A DNA stretch of 64,000 bases from Eledone cirrhosa. Lineage: Eukaryota. Position 1 is the first letter of the stretch; each line of letters begins with the position of its first letter. The stretch spans positions 221,278,001-221,342,000 of the forward strand of contig OZ024740.1 in the NCBI GenBank assembly GCA_964016885.1, in the 5' to 3' direction. Positions 50,724 through 63,314 of the stretch are shown here, piece by piece. The notes beneath the pieces are model-generated. The model did no database searches, was not told the origin of the DNA, and worked only from the letters and a program-made list of their open reading frames with translations. A program made the position numbers and the translations under genes.

Positions 50724-50907
50724 GGCGGTGGATTGGCAGTATCGGTAGAGGGTCGGACGCCATGCTTTCCAGCATAGTTACGTCCCTTTACGATCTGAGT
50801 TCAAATTCCGCCGAGGTTGACTTTGCCTTTCATCCTTACGGAGTCGATAAAATAAAGTACTAGTAATGCACTGAGTAATTGCTGGCCTTGTGCCTAAAGT
50901 AGAAACA
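50724..50907 (+). mobile_element. Full-length tRNA-derived SINE (short subtype) with 17-bp TSD
   Basis: A-box TGGCAGTATCGG, B-box GAGTTCAAATTCC; TSD ATTATGTACATATATAA at 50707-50723 and 50908-50924. Confidence 0.93.
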
Positions 50908-51740
50908 ATTATGTACATATATAATGATTTCTGTTTTAGGCACAAAGTCAACGATATTTGTGTGAGGAGAAGTTGATTTTATTAACCCTGTATTGATGAA
51001 AAGCAAAACTAAGAACGTAAAGTACGTTGTCTAACGATATTGCCAATCCACCACCCTTATATATATTCCTATATAATACATTACGATTAAGAAACATTCA
51101 CGCATTCACACAGCACTTAACGATGTTGAAGTCATGTTGACATCAAGTCGTTAGCTTATGAAAGGTTTTTGTCTTTATATGTCAGTTTTTTTTTTTGTGT
51201 TTGCTATTCCTGTATATTTTCCACCTTGTCTACACACACACACACCTACATACGTGTCAGAAAACACCACAATTAATCTTAGTGAGGTATTTTACGCCAA
51301 AAGTGCTTAACGAATATCTATAAAATTATGAATTATTTAGGGCAAGTACTTAAGAAATTTTCAACTGCAGTGAGTGTATGTTCACACGGTTGGGAAATTG
51401 TGATCAAGCGTTAAGATATATACCTGTGTTTGTGTCAGTCACTCATGCAAAAAGATTTTTAAAAAAGAGACATGAAAGTAGGAGAGATTTCTGGTGTAGA
51501 GGTGTGAAGCATAGTTTAGTTAACAGTGGGAAATTTATGCTTGGATTTATGGCTTTCAAAATAATATATTTTATAGTAGCTGAGCAATGTTTTTATTACA
51601 TTACAATGTGATTTCACTTTCTCACGATGTTAAGAAAGTGAATTCGTACTTTAGTAAGAAATGATAATTTCTGACTGCTAATTGCATGGATAATCTCATT
51701 TAATCGAGGCTTTGAGCTCACTATATTATATACGTTACAA

Positions 51741-51957
51741 GGGCGGTGGATTGGCAGTACCGGTAGAGCACCGGGCACCATGCTTTGTAGCATCGAGTTG
51801 CGGCCCTTTATGATCTGAGTTCAAATCCCGCCGAGGTTAACTTTACTTTTCATCCTTACGGGGGTGGATAAAATAAAGTACCAGTCACACACTGGGGTCG
51901 ATTTAATCGACTTTCCCCTCTTACAAAATTGCTGGCCTTGTGCCTATATAAGAAACC
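51741..51957 (+). mobile_element. Full-length SINE (long subtype with GTCGATTTAATCGAC hairpin) with ~17-bp TSD
   Basis: A/B boxes; TSD ATATTATATACGTTACA. Confidence 0.9.
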
Positions 51958-52615
51958 ATATTATATACGTTACATCCAGTATTCTTCTTTCTCTTATCGC
52001 GCTCTCTCACCCTCGCTTTCCCTCCCTTTGTCACTCTTATCACTCACCCCCTCTCTCACTGGATAAAATAGGTTAGAAGCTCATCAGACCGGTGCCTATT
52101 CTAGTTTCATTGGCGCTAATCGTCTGAATGTATAGGACACCTCTTCGGATAGGATACCAATCATTCGCAAAGTTAACTCCCAGGTGCTGCTACTGTTACT
52201 AATTTTAACAAAGTGAAATGAAGTGCCTTGCTCAAGGACACAATACGTCGCCCAGTCGAGGGATCGAATTTATGATCTTACAATCGTGCGACCAGTACCC
52301 TGGCCACTAGCTCACGCTTCTTCACATTGGAAAAGAGTGCATCCGAAAATGCCCGTTAGTATGTTAATGAAAACTCTTAACTTTAAGATCGACTATTGCA
52401 GTGCTTTCGAATGCCACCTGAAACAATGGACCTGAAGGCCCCCCTCAATGGCACAGGCCTAGGCTAAGACCATCAGTCTCTTACAAATCATCCTGCTTCC
52501 TGTTGGTATTCCGGATTCAATAAATACAAAAAAAAAACTTGCTCAAGAGTATAATGCGTCGCCCGGTAGGAAATCTAACCCACGACCATAAGGTCGTAGG
52601 TTTAACACCTTAACC

Positions 52616-52813
52616 TAGCGTTTCTCAACCTTTTCACGGTTGTGGAACTCTTGAAATAGTTTTCATGTCTCAGGGAACCCCTGCCTGCACAAAAATTATC
52701 ATAAACCATTATTACTAAAAACTGCATTAGCTTATTTATCAGTTTCTTGCGGAACCCTAAGCGACCTCTTGCAGAACTTTAGGGTTCAGGAAAACACCAG
52801 TTGAGAAACGCTG
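52616..52813. mobile_element. hAT-like MITE, ~200 bp, inserted in an older SINE
   Basis: TIRs TAGCGTTTCTCAAC / GTTGAGAAACGCTG; imperfect 8-bp TSD CCTTAACC / CCTTATCA. Confidence 0.8.
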
Positions 52814-53097
52814 CCTTATCAACTCACCCAAGCACCTTTTGTAGGCATTTCAATCAGTTATTTGCAAAGGTCCGTGTGATGGTGCGAAGTATTCTTGTTC
52901 GTGATATGTTCTTTTGTTTAGCGTTATTTGGTGTCACCACGATGATAAACATATAACAGAGATCGAAGTAAGTAGGATACAACATATTCTAATAAAGTGA
53001 TTTTGCTCCAAGGAAGCTAATAATGTAAATAGTTAATAGATATTTTCGTTCTGCAGAGTACACACATATATAATTACAAACTATCTTCACTTTAAAC

Positions 53098-53098
53098 C

Positions 53099-53148
<50 letters not shown>

Positions 53149-53436
53149 GGGTGGTGGTAGTAACTGTGGTGGTGGTGGTGGTGCTAGTTGTTGTGGCAGT
53201 GGCAGCAGTTGTGGTGATGGTGGTAGTAGTAATAGTAGTAGTAGTAGTTGTGGTGGTTGTAGTAATAGTGATGGTAGTAGTAGTTGTGGTGGTGGTGGTA
53301 GTTGAAGTAGTTGTTGTAGTAGTGGCAGCAGTAGTGGTGGTAGCATTAGTAGTTGTAGCAACAGTTGTGGTGATGGTGGTAGTAGCAATGGTAATAGTAG
53401 TAGTAGTTGTTGTGGTGGTTGTTGTAGTAATAGTGA

Positions 53437-53467
<31 letters not shown>

Positions 53468-53655
53468 TGTAGTAGTAGTAGTAGCAGTAGTAGTAGTAGT
53501 AGTTGTTGTGGTGGTGGTAGTTGAAGTAGTTGTTGTAGTAGTGGCAGCAGTAGTGGTGGTAGCATTAGTAGTTGTAGCAACAGTTGTGGTGATGGTGGTA
53601 GTAGCAATGGTAATAGTAGTAGTAGTTGTTGTGGTGGTGGTTGTAGTAATAGTGA

Positions 53656-53699
<44 letters not shown>

Positions 53700-53752
53700 A
53701 TAGTGATTGCAGCAATAGTAATGATGTGGTGATAGTAGTAGTGGTAGTAACA
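53098..53752. repeat. Compound (GTA)n/(GTG)n/(GTT)n repeat with ~219-bp internal duplication
   Basis: GTTGAAGTAGTTGTTGTAGTAGTGGCAGCAG... at 53301 and 53520. Confidence 0.92.
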
Positions 53753-54567
53753 GTGAGCCCAATTTCAATTAATAAACGCTGTATCACCTCAAGTCACTCT
53801 CTTATCACATTGTTCTGTAATATTATATTCTATTATACTGCATTGTTTCGCCCCAAATTAGCCGCCGGGGATAGAAAACACAACTTTGTCACCTTCTTTC
53901 ACTTCCATCTTTTCGTTACACTCAATTCAATGGAACTACCTCTACATGTTATCCCCCGATTGCCGTAGCAAACGGACACGAAACTTCTCTATCTAGGGGT
54001 TCCGAAGAAACAGTGATAAGTAAGCTAATGCAGTATTATCATGGGCTGTGGGGAGGTCAGCACGTGGGACCCCATTTGCTCACCATACGGATTAATAGAC
54101 AAAGTTATAAACTATTGTAAATAAATAAAAAATATATATATATCATGGTATAATAATTTTTGTGCAGGGGTTCCCTGACATATGAAAACTATCATCGTTT
54201 GATTGCTGTACTAGAGTGACATAAGGTCATTTAATTATTGTTATTGTTTCTACTTTTTGCACAAGGCCAGCGATTACCCAAGTGCACCACTGGTATTTTA
54301 TTGTTGCTCTTGTTCTTCTTTAGCATACCTGGAATGGACCTCCATCGGTTTCGACGATGAGATTTCCAGTCGTTCGGTAAACCGAACAGCATGCTTGGGA
54401 AATTAACGTGTAAGTGGCTGAGCATTCCACAGAAATGTAGTTCCTTGACGTAATTCTTAGGAAGATTCAGCGTTACACAGTCCATCCGATAGGCTTTCAA
54501 ACTGTTTTTGTCAACCCAACTTCACTCACACGGCTTGGATCGACTCTAGGCTATGGTAAATGGCAAG

Positions 54568-55205
54568 TGCCCAAAATACCAAGTATCCAAAACACCACGC
54601 GTCCAAAGTACCACATCTCCCAAATACCACATGTCCCAAATACTACATGTCCCAAATACTACGTGTCAAAAGCACCACATGTCTAAAATACCACGTGTCC
54701 AAAATATCACATGTCTAAAATACCATGTGTCAAAAATACCACATGTCCAAAATACTACGTGTCAAAATCACCAAGTGTCAAAAATGCCACGCGTCCAAAA
54801 TACCACATGTCTAAAATACCACATGTCCAAAATTACGTGTCAAAATCACCAAGTGTCAAAAATGCCACGCGTCCAAAATACCACATGTCTAAAATACCAC
54901 ATGTCCAAAATACCACGCGTCCAAAATACCAGATGTCCAAAATACCACGTTAAAAATGCCACATGTCTAAAATACTACGTGTCAAAATTACTTACAGATG
55001 TCAAAAACACTACATGTCCAAAATACCACGTGTCCAAAATACCCCATGTCCAAAATAGCACGTGTCAAAAATACCACATGACCAAAATACTACGTGCCAA
55101 AATTACGAGGTGTCAAAAATACCACATGTCCAAAATACTACGTGTCAAAATTACGAGGTGTCCAAAATACTATGTGTCAAAATTGCCAGGTGTCCAAAAT
55201 GCCAT
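54568..55205. repeat. 16-bp minisatellite (TGTCCAAAATACCACA), ~40 units, expanded inside a minus-strand SINE
   Basis: Tandem unit visible throughout; right flank GCCATGCAGTGAGATCGAACCCG is a reverse B-box. Confidence 0.93.
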
Positions 55206-55682
55206 GCAGTGAGATCGAACCCGAGATCTTACGATAAGAAGCAATCCTATTTTTTCTCATCATTTATTTCACTAACCGTGTATAGTTTTCAAATATAAAA
55301 AGGTGCATAAAGGAGAAAAAGTATGATACACTATTTACAAATAAGAGAATAAAAAAGTTCTTAGAAATAGAATGAAATGGTTCATTATTGAGAATGTGCT
55401 AATCAGGTTAGGGAGGCCATTGAGAAGGATTATATATAGTAAAAAGAGCACTTTATGTAAAGTTGTTTTGTATTTTATTTACACAATTTGAAATATTTTT
55501 TAATGTTACTAAAAATGGTAGGTTTTTACCACAAACTGGTTTGTTGATACTCAACAGCATCAATCTACCGCTTTACATCTTTTGAGTCTGGAAGAGTTGC
55601 ATCTTTGCACACAAACCATTCTGTTATGTTAGTCTATACACTGTTATACTTAGTGTATCGATTCTTATCAATTATTATTATC

Positions 55683-56770
55683 GGTGAATTGGCAGTATCG
55701 GTAGAGGGTCGGACGCCATGCTTTGACGCATAGAGTTACGGCCCTTGCTATTCTGAGTTCAAATCCCGCCGAGGTTAACTTTGCCTTTCATCCTTACGGG
55801 GTCGATAAAATAAAGTACCAGTAATGCACTGCGTAATTGCTGGCCTTGTGCCAAAAGTAGAAACAATTATTTGAATGCCACACACCACGTCTTGTTTATC
55901 TCAATTCTAAGATCAGTTCCTCCACCTCCTCTCGGCGATGATTTGATCAAAAGAAATTGAGGTTGGCAGAGTCATTAGAGTGTCGGGTAAATGCTTAGAA
56001 GTGCCTGTTCCAGCTTTTATGTTCCGTGTTCAAATCCTGGCAAGGTCAACTTTACCTTTCATTCTTCCGAAGTGGATAATATACTTGACTGGTTCAATAT
56101 AATCTAGATCCTTTATCCCACAACAAATTGCTACCTTTGTGCCCAAAATAGAAACAATTGTTGTTGCTGTTGCTACTGTTGTTGTTATTGTCGTTGTTGT
56201 AGTAGAGGCGGTGGAATGGCAGAATCGTTAGTGCTGGACACAATGTTGGACACAATGCTTTATGGTATTTGTTCCGACTCTTTACGTTCTAAATTCAACT
56301 CTCACCGAGGTTAGCTTTGCCTTTCGTACTTCTAGGTCGATAAAATAAAGTACCAGTAACGTACTAGGGTAGATTTGATATACATGTCCCTTTCCGTTCG
56401 AATTGAAATTCAATACAATATTTAGTTCGAATTGTGATGCAATATTCAGTTACAGTTCTTTACGTTCTGTATTCAAATCCCACCGAAATCAACTTAACCA
56501 TTTATCATTCCAGGGTCGATAAAAGGAATTACCAGTTAAATACTGGGGTTGATTTGATCGACATCCTCCTTCTTCCAAATGTATGGCCCTGTGTCAAAAT
56601 TAGAAAGAAGGAAAGGAGGGTGGATTGGCAGAAGTGTTAGAGCGTAGGACAAAATACATTTCTGTATAGAGTCACGGCTCTTTACGTTCTAAGTTCAAAT
56701 CCTACTAAAGTCAACTTTGACTTTCATCATTCCGGTTCCGATAAAATGAAGTATTAATCAAGTAGTAAGG
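55683..56770 (+). mobile_element. Cluster of plus-strand SINE copies of differing age
   Basis: Young copy at 55683-55868, older copies at ~55960, 56207, 56440 and 56618. Confidence 0.8.
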
Positions 56771-56782
56771 TTGATTTGTGAA

Positions 56783-57112
56783 GGCGCGTGGCTTAGTGGT
56801 TAGAACATTGGGCTTACAATGGAGAGGTTGTGAGTTCGATTCTCGGACCGAGCGATGCGTTGTGTCCTTGAGCAAGACACTTTATTTCACGTTGCTCCAG
56901 TTTACTCAGTTGTAGAAATGAGTTGCGACGTTTCTGGTACCAGCTGTATCGGTCATTACCTTTCCCTTGGACAACATCGGTGGCGTGGAGAGGGGAAACT
57001 GGTATGCATGGGCGACTACTGGTTTTCCACAAAACAAACCTTGCCTAGGCTTGTGCCTCGGATGGAAACTTTCTAGGTGCAAAACCATGGTCATTCGGGA
57101 CCAAAGGGGGCC
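56783..57112 (+). mobile_element. Second tRNA-derived SINE family (CORE-like central motif); fragments also at 43602-43705 (+) and ~52215-52320 (-)
   Basis: GGCGCGTGGCTTAGTGGTTAG A-box, GAGTTCGATTCTC B-box, GTGTCCTTGAGCAAGACACTT. Confidence 0.85.
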
Positions 57113-57599
57113 ATATATATATAAGGTTTATTTAATCGACTTCCCCCTTCTTTCTAAAACTGCCGACATTGTGTTTATTTTAGAAACAATTATTTGGATA
57201 TGGTAAGGTGACGTGACTCCTGAGGGATTCATAGGGGCGCTGTATTAACATACGGCGTTTCTTGGGCATCTTAAGCTTGGCAGAGCCCAACACAGCAGAT
57301 TTATTCCAGAGAAAGATAGAAAGTGAGAGAGAGATAGGGAGTGAGAAAAAGATATAGAGGAAGAAGTGATCCCAGTACTAGCTTGGTACATTTTTATCGA
57401 CCTCGAAAGGATGAAAGGCAAAATTGCCTTCGGCGGGATTTGAACTCCGAAAGCAGAAAGCTGGAACAAATATCACGAAGCATTCTATCTGACATTCTAA
57501 CAGGCCAGCCAATTCGCCACCTAAATTATTATTTAGTAAACAACAGAGCATCGAACAAAGTGTCTTGTGTTATTTATTCCAGCTTCCGTATCTTCTGAG

Positions 57600-57783
57600 G
57601 GCGGTGGATTGGCAGTATCGGTAGAGGGTCGGACGCCATGCTTTCCAGCATAGTTACGTCCCTTTACGATCTGAGTTCAAATCCCGCCGAGGATGACTTT
57701 GCCTTTCATCCTTACGGGGTCGATAAAATAAAGTACCAGTAATGCACTGGGTAAATGCTGGCCTTGTGCCTAAAGTAAAAACA
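57600..57783 (+). mobile_element. Full-length SINE (short subtype) with ~31-bp TSD
   Basis: GTTATTTATTCCAGCTTC(C/T)GTATCTTCTGAG at 57569-57599 and 57784-57814. Confidence 0.92.
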
Positions 57784-58114
57784 GTTATTTATTCCAGCTT
57801 CTGTATCTTCTGAGTTCCAATCCCACGGTAGTAAAATTTGACTTTTATTCTTCCTGGGTCGATAAAATAAAACTCTAGTAAAGAAAACAACAACAATAAA
57901 AAGTAGGGGTTTATTCAATCAATAACCTGTCCTGCCACCAATATTGCCGTGGATTAACAAAATCGTTCGAGCGTGGAACCAATCGCTATGAGGCCCTCCA
58001 TTACGGCTTTTTATGTTTTGAGCTCAAATCTCGCTGACTTCAACTTTACCTTTCACCATCCTGTCAACTACTGGGGCAGATTTAATGACTGGCCATGTAC
58101 CTAGGGTTGAAATC

Positions 58115-58289
58115 ATTAGTTGCAATAGTCGTAGTATTAGTATCAGTAGTAGTGATGGTTGTTATGTTAGTAGTAGTAGTAGAGGTATATGTAGTAGTAG
58201 TAGTAGTAGTAGTAGTAATAGCAGTAGTGGTATATGTGATAGTATAAGTAGTAGTAAGAGTGATAGTTGATAGTAACAACAGCAGCAGC

Positions 58290-58320
<31 letters not shown>

Positions 58321-58400
58321 ATAGCAGTAGTGGTATATGTGATAGTATAAGCAGTAGTAAGAGTGATAGTTGATAGTAACAATTGTAGTAGTGGTAGTAA

Positions 58401-58487
<87 letters not shown>

Positions 58488-58660
58488 CAGCCACAGCAGC
58501 AGAAGCAATAGTAGCAATTGTAGCAGCAGTAGTAGTAGTAGCAGTAGTAGTAGTAGTACAAGTAATAGTATAAGTAGTAGTAAATGTGATAGTCGAAAGT
58601 AGCAGAAGTAACAGTAGCAGTAGTAGTAGTAGCAACATAAGTAGTAATAGTAGCAGCTGT
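58115..58660. repeat. (GTA)n/(GCA)n compound microsatellite
   Basis: Direct triplet runs. Confidence 0.95.
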
Positions 58661-58938
58661 AATGTTATATTTTCAAAATATATTCCGTCACTTTATTTCT
58701 GCTATTCAGTGTTTCGTCTCTCGTATAGCAAACAGTATTTCCTTAACAACCACATAGCACTTTCCAGAATAAATGGAAATAAAAACACGGTGCTTGATCA
58801 CAGCAAGTATTATTGATTTTCATTATAGTCAGATACAAGTCAAGGTGAAAGAGAATGTTGTGAATGTATTCGAAAGTAAGAATTGCTAAAGAGACGAATT
58901 AGAAGCCGAAACAGCCTGTCAGAACGGGGTGGGAACAA

Positions 58939-59145
58939 TACGAGGGTTGGAGTGAAAAGTGCATAGTCTGACTATGAAGGAGTGATGCTAGAGCTGTGAG
59001 ATCTTGCATGCATTAATTTCAACTTTTGTTAATAGCTACAATGTTTTTTCCAGGGACTATGTTGAAAAAAAACAAACAAAAAAAAAACTCATTCGTTCCT
59101 TCCATGAGAGTATCTTGGTCAGCCTATAAAACTATCAGCCTATGA
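58939..59145. mobile_element. Mariner-like MITE remnant
   Basis: TA-CGAGGGTTGGAGTGAAAAGTGCATAGTCTGAC left end; partial complement GTCAGCCTAT..AA at the right end. Confidence 0.5.
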
Positions 59146-59188
59146 ATATATATATATATTTTCACTAGCTCTGACTGTTGGCAGGTGA

Positions 59189-59468
59189 ACAATGAACTGT
59201 ACTGATGAAGGGTAATACCCAGAAACATTAGTGTCCGCAGTTCTGTTTACATGCCAACACAAGAGCAAGAATGAGGAGCTCATTCTTCTGGCATGGCTTT
59301 AAAAAAGAGGCTTGATTGCATAATTGCAAGCTGATATGCAAACAAGCCTCTTTTTTAAAGCCATGTCAGTAGAATGAGCCCCTCATTCTTGTACTTGTGT
59401 TGGCATGTAAACAGAACTGCAGACACTAATGTTTCTGGGTATTATCCTTCATCAGTACAGTTCACTGT
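59189..59468. repeat. Fold-back (~140-bp arms, ~10-bp loop) with a hammerhead in each arm
   Basis: 59189-59333 is the reverse complement of 59336-59468 with scattered mismatches. Confidence 0.93.
59194..59243 (+). ncRNA. Type-I hammerhead with canonical GUC site (mirror copy 59414-59463 on -)
   Basis: GAACTGTA-CTGATGA-A-GGGT(aat)ACCC-A-GAA-ACA(ttag)TGT-C-(C/T)GCAGTTC. Confidence 0.87.
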
Positions 59469-59614
59469 ACAAGAGGCTTGTTTGCATAATTGCAAACGAA
59501 TCGAATATTGCCGATGTTGACTTTGCCTTTCATCCTTACGGGGTCGATAAAATAAAGTACCAGTAATGAACTGGGTGATTGCTGGCCTTGTGCCTAAAGT
59601 AGAAACAATTATTA

Positions 59615-60145
59615 ATATTCGAAAAACTCAGATTACATTTATTGTATTTAGTCTATACTTGAGTCCTTGAGGGACCATATGTGGCTCGCGACTTTCGTGG
59701 ATGAACATCTGTCCGGGTAGCTAAAGGTCGATTGGTGGTTCAGGAAGCGTTCCTTAAATCGGCCCTCCGGAATACCCACATAGAATTTGACCTACTGTGG
59801 TAGATTTGGTCGGCTGGAAGTGACCACAGCTTCATAAACTACAGCGGGTGTGTTGCATTGCTGTTGAAGGAGACAAGCTTCGGACTTACGGCAAGAACAC
59901 CCTGGTGGGGTGTTGCTCTTAGGGCTGTTGGTGGTGTGGGCCTTCATGTTCTTAGCGCAGGAGTATCCTAGTTTTAGTTTGTGTCGGTTAAAGATGGAGC
60001 GGTATATATGACCTATGGGAAAGTGTCTATCTAAGAGGGCTAGACATTTTTTGCCTACATTGGTTTTAACGTTGAGTGAGAAGGGAGGAGAGAACCAGAT
60101 AGTTTTTCTATTGAACCGCTTTCTTTTCTTATTGCTGTTGTTGTA
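59615..60145 (-). pseudogene. Penelope-like element (Neptune-type) fragment: RT thumb/linker, Cys4 finger, GIY-YIG endonuclease; absent from the ORF track
   Basis: Manual translation RKTIWFSPPFSLNVKTNVGKKCLALLDRHFP..IFNRHKLKLGYSCAKNM..CSCRKSEACLLQQQCNTPAVVYEAVV..*VKFYVGIPEGRFKERFLNHQSTF..STKVASHIWSLKD. Confidence 0.88.
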
Positions 60146-60376
60146 TAGACTACTCCATTCAATGGAAAACCATCACTAAGTCCAAGCCATACGCAAGGGG
60201 AAACCCGTCGTGTGGACTGTGTATTGATGAACGAATAAATATTCTAAAGACATTACGCAATAGAGATTGCCTAAACTCGAGAAATAAATTCTTCACATAC
60301 ATACACATACACACACATATATATATACATATATATATACATATATATACACATATATATATACATATATATACAC

Positions 60377-60432
<56 letters not shown>

Positions 60433-60484
60433 TATACACGCACATACACTCATACATACATATATACACATGCATACATACATA

Positions 60485-60516
<32 letters not shown>

Positions 60517-60652
60517 CATATACATACATATATATATATATAGGAAAAAGTATGACCCCGACGAGTATTGAGTACTCTGGTGCGTTATGGTCCATCTGGT
60601 TCCTTACCTCAATTCCTTTGTTATATATATATATATATACAGTACACATACG

Positions 60653-60704
<52 letters not shown>

Positions 60705-60788
60705 TATACATATATATACATATATATATATATATGTATATACATATATAAATATATATATATATATGTATATGTGTATATATGTGTA

Positions 60789-60821
<33 letters not shown>

Positions 60822-60825
<4 letters not shown>

Positions 60826-62020
60826 AGTATGTATACGTACATACATATATGTATACAGACGTACAGTAGTATGTATATATACATACAGGCACACATATAT
60901 ATATGTACGTATGGATTTACCGAACATTTATTATAATGCTCGGTATGTTTGTAAACAAACATCCCGTATTAAGCCATAGTGTTTAGCAACCATCGTTGCC
61001 CTTTTGTTCAACACTGACAAAGGAACGATGTACTAGTTTCAAGCTTATTAGCTATCGTCAGCACCATATACCTTCCTGCCAGATGATTGAACGTCTGAAA
61101 GTATATACTTTCCTTATGCATATTAACGGCTGAGCAGCCTAATTTGCATATCGAGTGACTTAATCGGCCGTGTGCACCGAAAACGATAAACGGAAAAAAT
61201 GAAACGAAATTTCATTTCTCACTCTTAGTACGGCTGTTACTTAAATGTAAGTATGTATACGTACATACATATATGTATACAGACGTAGAGTAGTATGTAT
61301 ATATATATACATACATGCACATATATATATATATATATATACGTATGGATTTACCGAACATTTATTATAATACTCGGTGTGTTTGTAAACAAACATCCCG
61401 AATTAAGCCGTACTGTAAATTAAGCCGTACGGTAAATCCATACGTACATATATATATATGTGTGCATGTATGTATATATATACATACTACTGTACGTCTG
61501 TATACATATATGTATGTACGTATACATACTTACATTTAACTAACAGCCGTACTAAGAGTGAGAAATGAAATTTCGTTTCAGTTTTTCCGTTTATCGTTTT
61601 CAGGGCGCCCGGCCGATTAACTCACTCGATATGCAAATTAGGCTGCTCAGCCGTTAATATGCATAAGGAAAGTATATACTTTCAGACATTCAATCATCTG
61701 GCAGGAAGGTATACGGTGCTGATGATAGCTAATAAGCTTGAAACTAGTACATCGTTCCTTTGTCAGTGTTGAACAAAAGAGCAACGATGGTTGCTAAACA
61801 CTGTACGGCTTAATTCGGGATGTTTGTTTACAAACACACCAAGCATTATAATAAATGTTCGGTAAATCCATACGTACATATATATATGTGTGCATGTATG
61901 TATATATATACATACTACTGTACGTCTGTATACATATATGTATGTACGTATACATACTTACATTTAAGTAACAGCCGTACTAAGAGTGAGAAATGAAATT
62001 TCGTTTCCTTTTTTTCCGTT
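60822..62020. mobile_element. pLTR/retrozyme-like unit: partial tandem (period ~424 bp) plus inverted partial tandem, in (TA)n
   Basis: TGTAAGTATGTATACGTACATAC at 60822 and 61246; 61432-62020 is the reverse complement of the same unit. Confidence 0.85.
61713..61755 (+). ncRNA. Minimal type-I hammerhead (mirror copy 61025-61066 on -)
   Basis: ACGGTG-CTGATGA-T-AGCT(aata)AGCT-T-GAA-ACTAGT-A-CATCGT; palindromic stem III. Confidence 0.88.
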
Positions 62021-62246
62021 TATATATATATGTAAGTATGTTTTTAAACAGTGAGCAGGTTTGAAATTAGAAAATATATAGCTTTCACCGTATTTTTGAC
62101 TAAAGGAATTTTAGCCTGATAATGGGGTTTAGAACCCTCAGATAAATGGAAAAAGATGAGTATTGACGTATATATATATAAGAATTAAAATACTAGAGTG
62201 TGTTGGAGTTAAACATGGTTGTATTGGCCGATAGTGCTTCTTGTAG

Positions 62247-62300
62247 CTTTACTTGCCCTGATGAGTCCTTAATAGGACGAAACATTGTTGGCTAATAAAG
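62247..62300 (+). ncRNA. Type-I hammerhead with canonical core and stem II
   Basis: CTTTA..GCC-CTGATGA-GTCCT(taat)AGGAC-GAA-ACATTGT-T-GGC..TAAAG. Confidence 0.88.
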
Positions 62301-62417
62301 ACTTTTGATGTATTGAAGGCTTCTTTGGTTTATTTTTTATAATATATATATATATATATATATATAAATCAGGAAAGAAGGTTTACATGGTTTGCTATAC
62401 AAAAAAGTTTTTAATCA

Positions 62418-62530
62418 CATAGCTTACATTTGTTTCACTGAACTAGTATGTCTAGAGATCGCTATTCGCTTAATTTTGCGTTACTCGATCGCCAATACAG
62501 AATTATAACCAGTCAGATCTTCGGAGCATG
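62418..62530 (-). ncRNA. Type-I hammerhead motif, CCGAAGA core, long stem II
   Basis: GCT-CCGAAGA-T-CTGACTGG(~60 nt)CTAGTTCAG-T-GAA-ACAAATGT-A-AGC. Confidence 0.65.
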
Positions 62531-62928
62531 CGAGAATGAAGAAAATACACAGGCAAGAAAAGAAAAGAAAATACAGGCTACTATATGAAGTAGTAATGGC
62601 ATTCAATTAGAACAATAACAACAATTACAACAATGCTATCAATAAATTATTTAAGGAGACCCTGACATTACTTAGGTGGGGGGTATATAATGTATCTAAT
62701 GTTACGGCGTGTAAAACTAGCTGTCATAAGGCAAAATGAAGCGTTGGCATGTACAAAGTATCGTAGTGTATATCAATTTTAAATTATAAAGATAAGCTAG
62801 TTTTTACAGTCTTTCTCTTCATCTTAAACAGTATACATGAGTGGGACCACTGTCAAAGCTAAATAGTTGTTGAGTTAATACAGAGGTTAACGAATTAATA
62901 TACGCATATATTTACGCACACACACACA

Positions 62929-62986
<58 letters not shown>

Positions 62987-63314
62987 CACATATATACACA
63001 TGCATGTGTTCATAGACACATACATACACATCAATATACACTCGTACAAAAATATACATACATGCAAAGAGATAAGCGTGCTAATTGTAATTATGGCAAA
63101 AAGAAGGTAAAGTAACATTGTAGTAGTGAAATGAGAAAAACTAGGATTTAGGATCAAATGATGGCAGCAGCTGAGAAGGAGTAAGATTGTTGATAGATGA
63201 GGTACTTACAGACAATTGTGTGGTATAGACTTGTGAAGGATATAGTATACTTAATGAATATATTTCTGTGGGTAGTAGGTATCCTAATTTAAAGCTATGT
63301 TATGTTGGTTCGAT

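Noticed and set aside
50724-50815. tRNA genes at SINE heads
   Set aside because: A and B boxes are present but there is no complete cloverleaf, and each continues into the SINE body
53092-53787. Mucin-like Thr-rich exon on the minus strand
   Set aside because: The frame shifts between Thr, Leu and Tyr runs with no clear splice signals; explained by triplet repeats
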